Positions 19,316 to 26,877 of a stretch of 64,000 nucleotides of DNA are shown here, one piece after another (position 1 is the stretch's first letter; each line of letters begins with the position of its first letter). Below the pieces are notes generated by a model that searched no databases, had not been told where the DNA came from, and saw nothing but the letters and a program-made list of their open reading frames with translations. A program made the position numbers and the translations under genes. The DNA is from a virus, in IMG/VR virus record IMGVR_UViG_3300035698_010625, positions 32,001 to 96,000 of that record; one strand, given 5' to 3'.

Positions 19316-19588
19316 ATGGAATTCACTGCTGAACTTGCTAAACAAATAGTTGAAGAAGATCATGATGATTGGGAACAAGTTAATGAAGAATCTTCTAATT
19401 CTTCCCGATGGCATACTCATTACAGTGGTGTTTATAAAAATACATTAACTGGAAAATACTATGAATTTATTTGGCAGCGTGGTTCTACTGAATATCAAGA
19501 TGAAGGTACAGAATTTTACACTGACCCAATAGAAGCTGTAGAAGTTATTGAAAAATCAGTAACTGTAATGCGCTGGGTTGCTGTTTAG
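19316..19588 (+). CDS. hypothetical protein
   Basis: MEFTAELA...RW...GSTEYQD; true start lies after tRNA-Lys. Confidence 0.65.
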   Translation: MEFTAELAKQIVEEDHDDWEQVNEESSNSSRWHTHYSGVYKNTLTGKYYEFIWQRGSTEYQDEGTEFYTDPIEAVEVIEKSVTVMRWVAV

Positions 19589-19683
19589 TTTGTACGCGGA
19601 CGGTACTGCTTGGCAGTCCACTTGAATATCTTGTGGGTCACTGCACAGTCCGGGTTGAAGAACCTTAAACTTAACTAACAATT

Positions 19684-19759
19684 GCCGGTGAAGCAATCAG
19701 GGTATTGCAACTCGTTGTCTGCGAGAGATAGGAGGGTTCGAGTCCCTTCATCGGCGCCA
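19684..19759 (+). tRNA. tRNA-Asp(GTC)
   Basis: cloverleaf, TT-GTC loop, GCCA. Confidence 0.85.
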
Positions 19760-19765
19760 ATTTTT

Positions 19766-19841
19766 GGGGGATTAGCTCATCTGGGAGAGCGTCTGTTTTG
19801 CAAGCAGAAGGTGATCGGTTCGAGTCCGATATCTTCCACCA
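19766..19841 (+). tRNA. tRNA-Ala(TGC)
   Basis: G3:U70 pair, TT-TGC-AA, ACCA. Confidence 0.93.
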
Positions 19842-19876
19842 TTTTACTAGAAAGATTCATATACTTTCTAGACATT

Positions 19877-19954
19877 CGTTCGGTAGCTCAGCCTGGTTAG
19901 AGCACCCGTCTGATACGCGGTAGGTCGAAGGTTCAACTCCTTCTCGAACGACCA
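19877..19954 (+). tRNA. tRNA-Ile(GAT)
   Basis: cloverleaf, CT-GAT-AC, ACCA. Confidence 0.88.
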
Positions 19955-19959
19955 ATTTA

Positions 19960-20199
19960 AAGAGCTTAGGTGTAGAAACGAGAATGCACCTTTAAGAAAA
20001 CCTTGTTGCTGGGCTACCCGATAAATCATCTTCTCAGATGTATGCAACACAAACTTCAGCTCTTCCTTTTGTACTGTCATGCGGGGTCGCCTCGGTGACG
20101 AAAGTGCTAGCGGGTACCGTCTTAGTAACGGTTTCACGAGGTGCAGGACCTCGGGGGTTTTCAGTTTCCACAATCGGGCTAGCTAAAACTGAAGTACAA
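19960..20199 (+). ncRNA. candidate ~240-nt two-domain pseudoknotted RNA
   Basis: AAGAGCT/AGCTCTT and TTGTACT/AGTACAA closing stems, internal hairpins, cross-domain complementarity. Confidence 0.6.
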
Positions 20200-20211
20200 T
20201 TTTATTACAAT

Positions 20212-20288
20212 GCTACGTTCGTCTAATGGACTAGGACTCTGGGTTTTCACTTCAGATAATATCGGTTCGAATCCGATACGTAGTACCA
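20212..20288 (+). tRNA. tRNA-Glu(TTC)
   Basis: TT-TTC-AC loop, CCA. Confidence 0.9.
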
Positions 20289-20296
20289 ATTTCAAT

Positions 20297-20372
20297 TCCT
20301 AGTTAGTATTCTTGGTGAGCACGGGTGACTGTTAATCACTTCAGGTAGGTTCGAATCCTACACTAGGAGCCA
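20297..20372 (+). tRNA. tRNA-Asn(GTT)
   Basis: CT-GTT-AA loop, GCCA. Confidence 0.92.
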
Positions 20373-20378
20373 AATCAA

Positions 20379-20453
20379 TGAGAGTTTAGTTCAAGTTAGA
20401 ACATCTGGCGCAATAGTCAGAAGATGCTGGTATCGAATCCAGTCCCTTTCACC
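20379..20453 (+). pseudogene. tRNA-like gene with aberrant anticodon loop
   Basis: D and T arms present; TCTGGC/GTCAGA stem with 6-nt loop; no CCA. Confidence 0.55.
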
Positions 20454-20460
20454 GAATAAT

Positions 20461-20546
20461 GGATGTGATGTACCGGTGGTGGTATAGCGGGCTGTAACCC
20501 CGTGGCTCTTATGGGCGAGTAGGTTCGACTCCTTCCACATCCACCA
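20461..20546 (+). tRNA. tRNA-Tyr(GTA)
   Basis: CT-GTA-AC loop, long variable arm, ACCA. Confidence 0.9.
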
Positions 20547-20634
20547 ATTTCGTTGGCAGTAAGGTCACGCATTGAGATTGACCTCCTAGTAATAGGTACC
20601 TGATGGGTAAATTAAAAAGTGCGATTTCAAATTC

Positions 20635-20712
20635 CGGTGATTAGCTCAGCCTGGTTAGAGCTCTCCGTTTGGGGCGGAGTTGCCAGAGGTTCGAATCCTC
20701 TATCACCGACCA
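20635..20712 (+). tRNA. tRNA-Pro(TGG)
   Basis: CTCCG-TT-TGG-GG-CGGAG, ACCA. Confidence 0.93.
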
Positions 20713-20805
20713 ATAACTAATTATCTAATGTGCTTGCCGGCATATGCGGATGATTGCACGAACTTCTATTGATAACAAGCGGTAACTTGTAATCATAAGA
20801 TGAGT

Positions 20806-20870
20806 TAATTAGTAGTTTAACGGTAGATCGCCTGGCTGGAAGATGCGGGTTCGAATCCTGTCTAATTACT
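20806..20870 (+). pseudogene. tRNA-like gene lacking a proper anticodon arm
   Basis: TAATTAG/CTAATTA acceptor, D arm, GCGGG-TTCGAAT-CCTGT T arm, truncated middle. Confidence 0.55.
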
Positions 20871-20885
20871 TTCGTGATTTACAAC

Positions 20886-20960
20886 AGTTCCTTAACTCAG
20901 AGGCAGAGTATCGCTTTTACACAGCGAAGGTCGAGATTTCGAAATTCTCAGGAACTACCA
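20886..20960 (+). tRNA. tRNA-Val(TAC)
   Basis: TCGCT-TT-TAC-AC-AGCGA, ACCA. Confidence 0.9.
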
Positions 20961-21027
20961 GTAACTAATCAACAGCTCGATGGGAGTCTTGCTATTTGAT
21001 TGCACAGCGTCTTACTCCCATAAGATT

Positions 21028-21098
21028 TATTGATAGTGTAATGGATGCACACTGGGGTTTAAACCTGGAAGTACGGTTCGATTCCGTGATTAATAACT
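21028..21098 (+). pseudogene. tRNA-like gene with TTA in the anticodon position
   Basis: AT-rich acceptor, CTGGG-GT-TTA-AA-CCTGG, GGTTCGATTCC T arm, no CCA. Confidence 0.5.
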
Positions 21099-21148
21099 TG
21101 GGCTGTGATTTACAAATCGCTTGAGCAACTGCTCGCGTACAATACAAT

Positions 21149-21236
21149 GGGAGTGTGGTGGAATTGGTATACACATTGGTCTTAGAAACCAACGACTGTA
21201 ATGGTCACGCAGGTTCGACTCCTGTCACTCCTACCA
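21149..21236 (+). tRNA. tRNA-Leu(TAG)
   Basis: CT-TAG-AA loop, long variable arm, ACCA. Confidence 0.93.
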
Positions 21237-21242
21237 ATCAAT

Positions 21243-21310
21243 GTTCGATTAGCATAATGCAATGCGGCAAGTACTTGTAGAAGAAAGCTCGAATCTTTCA
21301 TCGAACTCCA
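21243..21310 (+). pseudogene. tRNA-like gene with collapsed anticodon loop
   Basis: GTTCGAT/ATCGAAC acceptor plus TCCA; anticodon arm reduced to GCAAG-TA-CTTGT. Confidence 0.6.
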
Positions 21311-21319
21311 AATTTAAAC

Positions 21320-21393
21320 GCTCAATTAGTTCAATGGTAGAACAACGGCCCGGTAAGTCGTTAACGTAAGTTCGATTCTTACATTGAGCACCA
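21320..21393 (+). tRNA. tRNA-Thr(GGT)
   Basis: ACGGC-CC-GGT-AA-GTCGT (C33), ACCA. Confidence 0.82.
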
Positions 21394-21399
21394 ATTAAT

Positions 21400-21476
21400 G
21401 CCCGGTTCGTCTAAATATTAGGACCTCTGCCATATTTGAGCAGAAAATAAAAGTGAGATTCTTTTACCGGACACCA
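21400..21476 (+). pseudogene. tRNA-like gene with 9-nt anticodon loop
   Basis: TCTGC-CATATTTGA-GCAGA; degenerate T loop; ACCA. Confidence 0.55.
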
Positions 21477-21482
21477 AACAAT

Positions 21483-21555
21483 GCCAAGGTCGTCTAATAA
21501 TCTAAGACCCTCTCGTGATAGAGAGAAATGAGGTGTAAATCCCCCCGAGGCACCA
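21483..21555 (+). pseudogene. tRNA-like gene with 6-nt anticodon loop
   Basis: CTCTC-GTGATA-GAGAG; imperfect acceptor; ACCA. Confidence 0.5.
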
Positions 21556-21561
21556 AACAAT

Positions 21562-21637
21562 GCTGGAGTCGTCTAACGGCTAGGACTTTACATTCTCAGT
21601 GTAAACAATGCGAGTTCGAATCTCGTCTCCAGTACCA
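21562..21637 (+). tRNA. tRNA-Glu(CTC)
   Basis: TTACA-TT-CTC-AG-TGTAA, ACCA. Confidence 0.9.
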
Positions 21638-21642
21638 AATCT

Positions 21643-21729
21643 GGATTGATCCGCTGGGTAGGCCGGCAGCACGGTTTGAACCCGTGGGTGACCGAAAGGT
21701 TAGGGGTTCGACTCCTCATCTCTCCGCCA
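21643..21729 (+). tRNA. tRNA-Ser(TGA)
   Basis: CACGG-TT-TGA-AC-CCGTG, long variable arm, GCCA. Confidence 0.85.
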
Positions 21730-21735
21730 ATTTTA

Positions 21736-21812
21736 TCCTTCGCTCGTCTAATGTTAAGACACCAAACCGTGGAGGTTTGGGGATAGAGGTTTGATTCCTT
21801 TGCTTAGGACCA
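21736..21812 (+). pseudogene. tRNA-like gene with extended anticodon stem
   Basis: CCAAACC-GTGGA-GGTTTGG; imperfect acceptor; CCA. Confidence 0.5.
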
Positions 21813-21965
21813 ATTTTAATGACTACTTCCTATACGTAGGTTAATAACTGAAAAGTTAAGAGTGGTCACCAAGTTATCCCACACTCATCGAATGGTACGG
21901 TAAACGTTAAGAAACGTTTCGTGGGGAGTTTATCAGAAAGCCGTGACAGATAGACAACTAACAAT

Positions 21966-22039
21966 AGCTGCATAGCATAGTGGTAATGCGGGGGTCTTTG
22001 AAACCTCTCAGTAAGGTTCGATTCCTTATGCGGCTGCCA
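21966..22039 (+). tRNA. tRNA-Gln(TTG)
   Basis: CT-TTG-AA loop, GCCA. Confidence 0.9.
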
Positions 22040-22125
22040 ATTTTGATGTGGATATAATCTATCCCTTGTGCGGGTGCCCCTAGTAATAGGTCAAGGCAGC
22101 AAACTGCTCACATCAGATTTAATAT

Positions 22126-22212
22126 GGAAGATTAACTAGACAGGGTTCTAGAGCTGTTTGCTAAACAGATGGTACCGCAAGGTATGAGTTTCGAATACTC
22201 AATTTTCCGCCA
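22126..22212 (+). tRNA. tRNA-Ser(GCT)
   Basis: TT-GCT-AA loop, long variable arm, GCCA. Confidence 0.88.
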
Positions 22213-22241
22213 AACATAAAGAAAAATTAAGTATTAACAAT

Positions 22242-22316
22242 GGGACTCAGGTGTAACTGGGTGCACGGCGGACTTTTAATCCGTAAGGACAGGGTTCAAG
22301 CCCTGGGGTCCCACCA
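22242..22316 (+). tRNA. tRNA-Lys(TTT)
   Basis: GCGGA-CT-TTT-AA-TCCGT, ACCA. Confidence 0.88.
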
Positions 22317-22403
22317 AATGTAAATGGAAATGCTTCGGCATTGTAAAACTCACCGAAAGGTTTCCACCCAAGTGTGGATATAAAGAAGTTCCGATTAGTC
22401 AAT

Positions 22404-22477
22404 GCGTCTAAGTACAAGGTGTATCCTCGGGTTTCCAACCCGTAGTGAGTGGGTTTCGATTACCCCTAGTCGCTCCA
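22404..22477 (+). tRNA. tRNA-Gly(TCC)
   Basis: TT-TCC-AA loop, TCCA. Confidence 0.82.
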
Positions 22478-22482
22478 ACAAT

Positions 22483-22555
22483 AGTTATCTAGCTCAACTG
22501 GCAGAGCACTAGCTTCATACGTTAGGGAATCTCGGTTCAAATCCGAGGGTAACTA
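22483..22555 (+). tRNA. tRNA-CAT (elongator Met or Ile2)
   Basis: CTAGC-TT-CAT-AC-GTTAG; CCA not encoded (CAA). Confidence 0.85.
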
Positions 22556-22561
22556 CAATCT

Positions 22562-22569
22562 TATAAATA
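22562..22569 (+). promoter_or_regulatory. T4-type late promoter
   Basis: TATAAATA upstream of the 22596 ORF. Confidence 0.7.
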
Positions 22570-22595
22570 CTCTTTTAATAAACGAGTATCAGAAA

Positions 22596-22850
22596 ATGCA
22601 AACTTTTAAAAGTTTCACCGAAGGAAATGTCGTTAAATTTCCTAAGAAGAAAAAACAAACCCACGATGAAATTACTGGATTGCCAATTGATTCACGTCTT
22701 CCAGATACCCCAGACGAATGGATGGTTGTATCAAAGGATGAGAGTGTAGCATATAGCACTTCACCAACTCGTCAAGAAGCACAGAAAAAACTTAAGACGT
22801 ATATGATGAAGACAGGTAAGAGAGATCTTAAAGTCATCAAATTTGGCTAA
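22596..22850 (+). CDS. late hypothetical protein with capsid-targeting-like N-terminus
   Basis: MQTFKSFTE; late promoter upstream. Confidence 0.6.
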   Translation: MQTFKSFTEGNVVKFPKKKKQTHDEITGLPIDSRLPDTPDEWMVVSKDESVAYSTSPTRQEAQKKLKTYMMKTGKRDLKVIKFG

Positions 22851-22855
22851 GATAA

Positions 22856-22887
22856 TCCTCGCCAAGAAGGTCTAAACCATATATAAT
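22856..22887 (+). promoter_or_regulatory. sigma70-like promoter
   Basis: TCGCCA-17-TATAAT; near-identical to 29425-29453. Confidence 0.7.
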
Positions 22888-22898
22888 GATATAACAAA

Positions 22899-22970
22899 GC
22901 GGGTATAGCTCAGTGGTAGAGCGGAACGTTGCCAACGTCCAGGTCGAGAGTTCGAATCTCTCTACCCGCT
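22899..22970 (+). tRNA. tRNA-Gly(GCC)
   Basis: canonical cloverleaf, TT-GCC-AA; CCA not encoded. Confidence 0.92.
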
Positions 22971-23606
22971 CTAATTTAGGATTATATGATGAATTTGGGA
23001 CTAACAAGTGATTGTGAGGCAGAAGCATATTTTGATAGCGCTGATACTTACATCAAACAATACAACGCTACTTATATGTTTGAGAATAGTTCTGCGAGAG
23101 TCCGAACTATCATTGCTGAATATTTTGCTAATCTAGATAATAAAACTATTTGGCTTTGGAAAACTAAGAGTGATTGAATCATGCGCCTTATCATTTCGCG
23201 GACTAACAATGACAGCACTTTGGACTTCGAAGTTCATGATGCACGTTGGGTTACTTTTAGTGATAAAATGAAAGCATTTGCTTGGACTCGTCCGGGTAAT
23301 AAGCTTGGAATTTACTTCTCCGAGGAATATGTCAATCGCCGCTTTGTGAACATCTTTTGCATTAGCGCGCTTGAGAACATGCACTGGCAGGTTAAGTGAG
23401 GATTACATTATGTGGATTCGATTTGAAGAGAAACAACCCAAACAAGATAAAGACCTTTATTACTTCTTCGATGTAGTAGGTGTTCACTCAGGGCGCTATT
23501 ACGGCGGTGATACATTTCAAGGCCGAAGAGGTTTTCTCAATGGTGACGTTACTCATTGGCAATATGATAAAGGGCAGGGAAAACCTGCTGAACCAAAATG
23601 AATAAT

Positions 23607-23683
23607 GCAAGAGTGGCTCGACTGGTGAAGGCCGGCGTCTTATATGCGTCTATATGTGGGTTCGAATCCCGCCTCTTGTACCA
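23607..23683 (+). tRNA. tRNA-Ile(TAT)
   Basis: GGCGT-CT-TAT-AT-GCGTC, ACCA. Confidence 0.82.
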
Positions 23684-23691
23684 AAATATTT

Positions 23692-23768
23692 CAGGGTATA
23701 AGTCAGTCTGGTAGACACCCCGGTTTGGAACTGGGAAGCCGTTGGTTCGAATCCAACTACCCTGACCA
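23692..23768 (+). tRNA. tRNA-Pro(TGG), second copy
   Basis: CCCGG-TT-TGG-AA-CTGGG, ACCA. Confidence 0.9.
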
Positions 23769-24034
23769 TTTAAAGAGAGTACATTATGCTTACATTCAAT
23801 ATTAAAGATTTCTTTTGTTGGCATAGTATTCAAAAAGAAGAGTCATTTGAAGCTTTTCATGCAAGAGCAGAAGCACTGCATGAAACTTATCAACATTGGA
23901 CTCCTGTAAATGAAATTGAAAGAACAAATAGAGCAGTATGTTTTGTATCTTTTATTAACAATCACCCAAAAATCGTAAATCCATATACTGGTAAAACAAA
24001 AAAACAATTTTCTTTAACGGAATATCCTATATCT

Positions 24035-24058
24035 ACCTTGTCTTAAAGGTTGTATAAT
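24035..24058 (+). promoter_or_regulatory. promoter with ACCTT-N6-AAGGT palindrome
   Basis: ACCTTGTCTTAAAGGT then TGTATAAT. Confidence 0.6.
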
Positions 24059-24069
24059 GATTATTCAAT

Positions 24070-24145
24070 ACACGGTAAGCAATTATGGTTAATGCGCTGG
24101 CTTGAAGTCCCAGATAACTAAGTTCGATTCTTAGACCGTGTACCA
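24070..24145 (+). tRNA. tRNA-Phe(GAA), divergent
   Basis: TT-GAA-GT loop with C:C mismatch closing it; ACCA. Confidence 0.7.
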
Positions 24146-24168
24146 ATTTATTATGGAGTGACTGTGAT

Positions 24169-24870
24169 ATGTTTGCTGATTTTTGCACTGATCATTTCTC
24201 GACGAGTAACAATGCACATTACAGAAATCCGCGAACTGTTGACCAAAATGTAATTGCTAATGAGACAATGCTATTTAGCGCATCTCCAGAATTTGCTACT
24301 GCAAATGGTGGCCCACTTACTGCTTACTTTCTCTCCAAGCTTTTTGATGGTGGATTTGAAAGCATTGATACTCGAGGAATGCATTGGGTCATTGATACTC
24401 GCTCGCACATGCTGATGCCAGGTCAATTTCCTTCTATTCCAGGTTGGCATTGTGATGCTTGGGAGCGAGATCCAAAGACACAACAACCACTTTTATGGCA
24501 GCACCCACATGGTACCGCTATGCATTTTGTAATGACACTTGGTACTAATGATGATGGTGTATCACTTACAAAATTCATACTTCCTTTTGGTGTGCCGATT
24601 CGTGTATCTTACGATCCATCCAAAGTTTGGGGTTCTGTAAACGAATCAATTGAACACCAAATTGAAGATCTCGTTATATCACCAGATAGAATTATTAGTG
24701 CGCCTTCAGGGACACTCATTTCGTTTGGACAAAACATATTACATACGGCTAGTGTAGCTACCAGTAAAGGCTGGCGCTTCTTTGCTCGTATAAGTTTAAT
24801 GACAAATCCACCACTCAACAAAATTCGAAAACAGGTACAAGTTTACGCTGATTCAAATGTTGGTTGGTAA
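24169..24870 (+). CDS. 2OG-Fe(II) dioxygenase-like phage protein
   Basis: PGWHCD (HxD), distal H (LHTA) and R.F.R strand pattern. Confidence 0.6.
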   Translation: MFADFCTDHFSTSNNAHYRNPRTVDQNVIANETMLFSASPEFATANGGPLTAYFLSKLFDGGFESIDTRGMHWVIDTRSHMLMPGQFPSIPGWHCDAWERDPKTQQPLLWQHPHGTAMHFVMTLGTNDDGVSLTKFILPFGVPIRVSYDPSKVWGSVNESIEHQIEDLVISPDRIISAPSGTLISFGQNILHTASVATSKGWRFFARISLMTNPPLNKIRKQVQVYADSNVGW

Positions 24871-24959
24871 ATGAATTAAGGGAAACGTTGGTTCGAGTCC
24901 AACTCCTGCGCTGGTGCAAAGGATCGTAATTGATGGCCAAGACACCCTTACGTTACAAT

Positions 24960-25033
24960 GTTGATATGGCAGAATGGTTATGCCGTGGCTTGCAAACCCA
25001 CTTACTCTGGTTCGATTCCGGATATCAACTCCA
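24960..25033 (+). tRNA. tRNA-Cys(GCA)
   Basis: TT-GCA-AA loop, TCCA. Confidence 0.88.
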
Positions 25034-25285
25034 AGATAAGGCTTTAGCCGCAGCAGAGTAGTCAGGCATGACATAAAAGGTCGAAATGAAAAAGTTTAGC
25101 CGGCTCGACCAGCTTTATTTCTGAGTTCAAAGGTGGTCCTGAGCACGATGGATATGCACCAATTGTAAAAAATGTCTGTGATGGTGATTATACCGAATTC
25201 TCAGTTTGTTTGGAATGTGGTACTCTGAAAGGTACTTTCCCGGTTGATGATCCTGTTTGGAATGATGAAGAAGAAGATTAACAAT

Positions 25286-25358
25286 GCGCCGCGCTCTGGG
25301 TAAGCAGTATGGTTTCCAATGCCTCGCGTGTGGAGTTCGATTCTCTGGCGGCGTGCAC
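25286..25358 (+). pseudogene. degenerate tRNA (Trp CCA- or Gly-like)
   Basis: GCGCCGC/GCGGCGT acceptor and T arm; weak anticodon stem; no CCA. Confidence 0.5.
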
Positions 25359-25380
25359 CTGTAATAGATTAAAGAATAAT

Positions 25381-25456
25381 AAGAGTATAGTATAATGGCT
25401 CATTACCCCGGGCTCTGAACTCGGTAATCTAGGTTCGAATCCTAGTACTCTTGCCA
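25381..25456 (+). tRNA. tRNA-Gln(CTG)
   Basis: CCGGG-CT-CTG-AA-CTCGG, GCCA. Confidence 0.92.
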
Positions 25457-25463
25457 AATATAC

Positions 25464-25538
25464 GCCTGCTAAGCATTAATGGTGATGCACTGGTTTTGTA
25501 ATCCAGAGAAGAGGGATCGTTACCTTCAGTCGGCACCA
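25464..25538 (+). tRNA. tRNA-Thr(TGT)
   Basis: TT-TGT-AA loop, ACCA. Confidence 0.85.
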
Positions 25539-25541
25539 AAT

Positions 25542-25615
25542 CGCGAGATGTTGAAATGGCATCCTGCTGGGCTCATAACCCTTCGTTGGCGGTTCAACTC
25601 CGTCTTTCGCTACCA
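25542..25615 (+). tRNA. initiator-type tRNA-fMet(CAT)
   Basis: C1 mismatch, GGG/CCC anticodon stem, CT-CAT-AA, ACCA. Confidence 0.8.
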
Positions 25616-25728
25616 ACTTTGTGAGATCGTCAAGTGTAATTATGTTAAAGCCCGAGATGATGACATTACAAAATGTACGAATCGGTTAATCTTTAACTAG
25701 CACAAGGGACATCTCACAAACTTTTTTA

Positions 25729-25870
25729 TGTTGTAACTGCAAGGATAATGCAGGGTGGTTGGAGAGCTTGTGAGGGTGTACAACCTTTTATCCACAGGTA
25801 TAAAGTTAGCTTTAACAAATCGAGGCGCTTTATAAATCTCTAGTGAAGTTCGATTCTTCATTACAACACT
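25729..25870 (+). ncRNA. tRNA-like RNA with ~85-nt insert in place of the anticodon arm
   Basis: TGTTGTAA/TTACAACA acceptor, CTGCA/TGCAG D-like arm, TGAAG-TTCGATT-CTTCA T arm. Confidence 0.55.
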
Positions 25871-25876
25871 TTCAAT

Positions 25877-25964
25877 GGGAGTATGGTGGAATTGGTATAC
25901 ACAGCAGACTTAAAATCTGCCGCCTGTAATGGGCTCGGGGGTTCGAATCCCTCTACTCCTACCA
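25877..25964 (+). tRNA. tRNA-Leu(TAA)
   Basis: CT-TAA-AA loop, long variable arm, ACCA. Confidence 0.94.
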
Positions 25965-26117
25965 AATTAAGGTAAATATGATGCAGGAAACAAGCACTAA
26001 AACTATAGCAGATAAAGAAGCATTGATTCTGTCTGCTGGTGAATGTTATCCAGATACATCTAGTTTTATACGAGATGAAGTTGTGAAAGACATTAATTTT
26101 AAGCTAGTTGATAAGAT

Positions 26118-26393
26118 GTGGGGCAAATAACGAGTGTTGCTCATGCTCCAACCTTCATATACAATGGTGAATGTAAACCTTGTGTAAGTAGGTTGTACCG
26201 TAGCTATTTGAGATACACTTATATAACTGCTGCACACATTAATGCACTGGTGTATGACATGGTAGTGGAATTAGATGATTTACTTATAGATGCTTCTGAA
26301 TTTCACCCATATATGATGGCGATACCACAATTAGCTGAAGAAGAATATATTGAATTTAATCGAATTGCATTCAAACTTCGATTTGCATTTTAA
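26118..26393 (+). CDS. hypothetical protein
   Basis: ORF between tRNA genes. Confidence 0.45.
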   Translation: MGQITSVAHAPTFIYNGECKPCVSRLYRSYLRYTYITAAHINALVYDMVVELDDLLIDASEFHPYMMAIPQLAEEEYIEFNRIAFKLRFAF

Positions 26394-26404
26394 AGATTAA
26401 CAAT

Positions 26405-26479
26405 GCCCCGGGTGTTGGATACACAGCAGAGGTTTCTACCCTCAGCCTTCTGGGTTCGACTCCTAGTCGGGGTACACCA
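26405..26479 (+). tRNA. tRNA-Arg(TCT)
   Basis: TT-TCT-AC loop, T arm GGTTCGACTCC. Confidence 0.8.
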
Positions 26480-26492
26480 TTTAAGGTTCATT

Positions 26493-26771
26493 ATGAAATA
26501 TCTTCTTGAGTTGTATTGGATGTGGAGGGACCGCCAAAGAGCAGAAGCTGAACTCGATAAATTCATAGCTGTTAAAAAGTGGGATGCTAGCATTCGTTGG
26601 AATAATGACAAATCGGTTGAAAACATTCTTTATATTGGTCTTGAAAATGGCCGTGGTGAACGTAAAATACAAATTCATGATTATGGATTAACCCGTACTT
26701 ATTCTAAGTCGAAGGCCCATCTCATTTATACAAAGTACGTTTTGCCATGGCAGCATAAAATAAATGAATAA
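26493..26771 (+). CDS. hypothetical protein
   Basis: MKYLLELY start after tRNA-Arg. Confidence 0.55.
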   Translation: MKYLLELYWMWRDRQRAEAELDKFIAVKKWDASIRWNNDKSVENILYIGLENGRGERKIQIHDYGLTRTYSKSKAHLIYTKYVLPWQHKINE

Positions 26772-26773
26772 TA

Positions 26774-26805
26774 ACCTTTATCTTAAGGTCCTATATTGAT
26801 ATAAT
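26774..26805 (+). promoter_or_regulatory. promoter with ACCTT-N6-AAGGT palindrome
   Basis: ACCTTTATCTTAAGGT; TTTATC-17-TATAAT. Confidence 0.6.
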
Positions 26806-26877
26806 ATACTTATTGGAACGCACCTATTTTGCTGTCAACGCAATGTTGGCTTTTTTGTAATTAAACGGGGATACATT

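Noticed and set aside
19682-22438. ORFs 19682-19900, 19868-20173, 20038-20226, 20992-21192, 21528-21794, 22247-22438
   Set aside because: They overlap clear tRNA or structured RNA genes and lack RBS or protein-like composition
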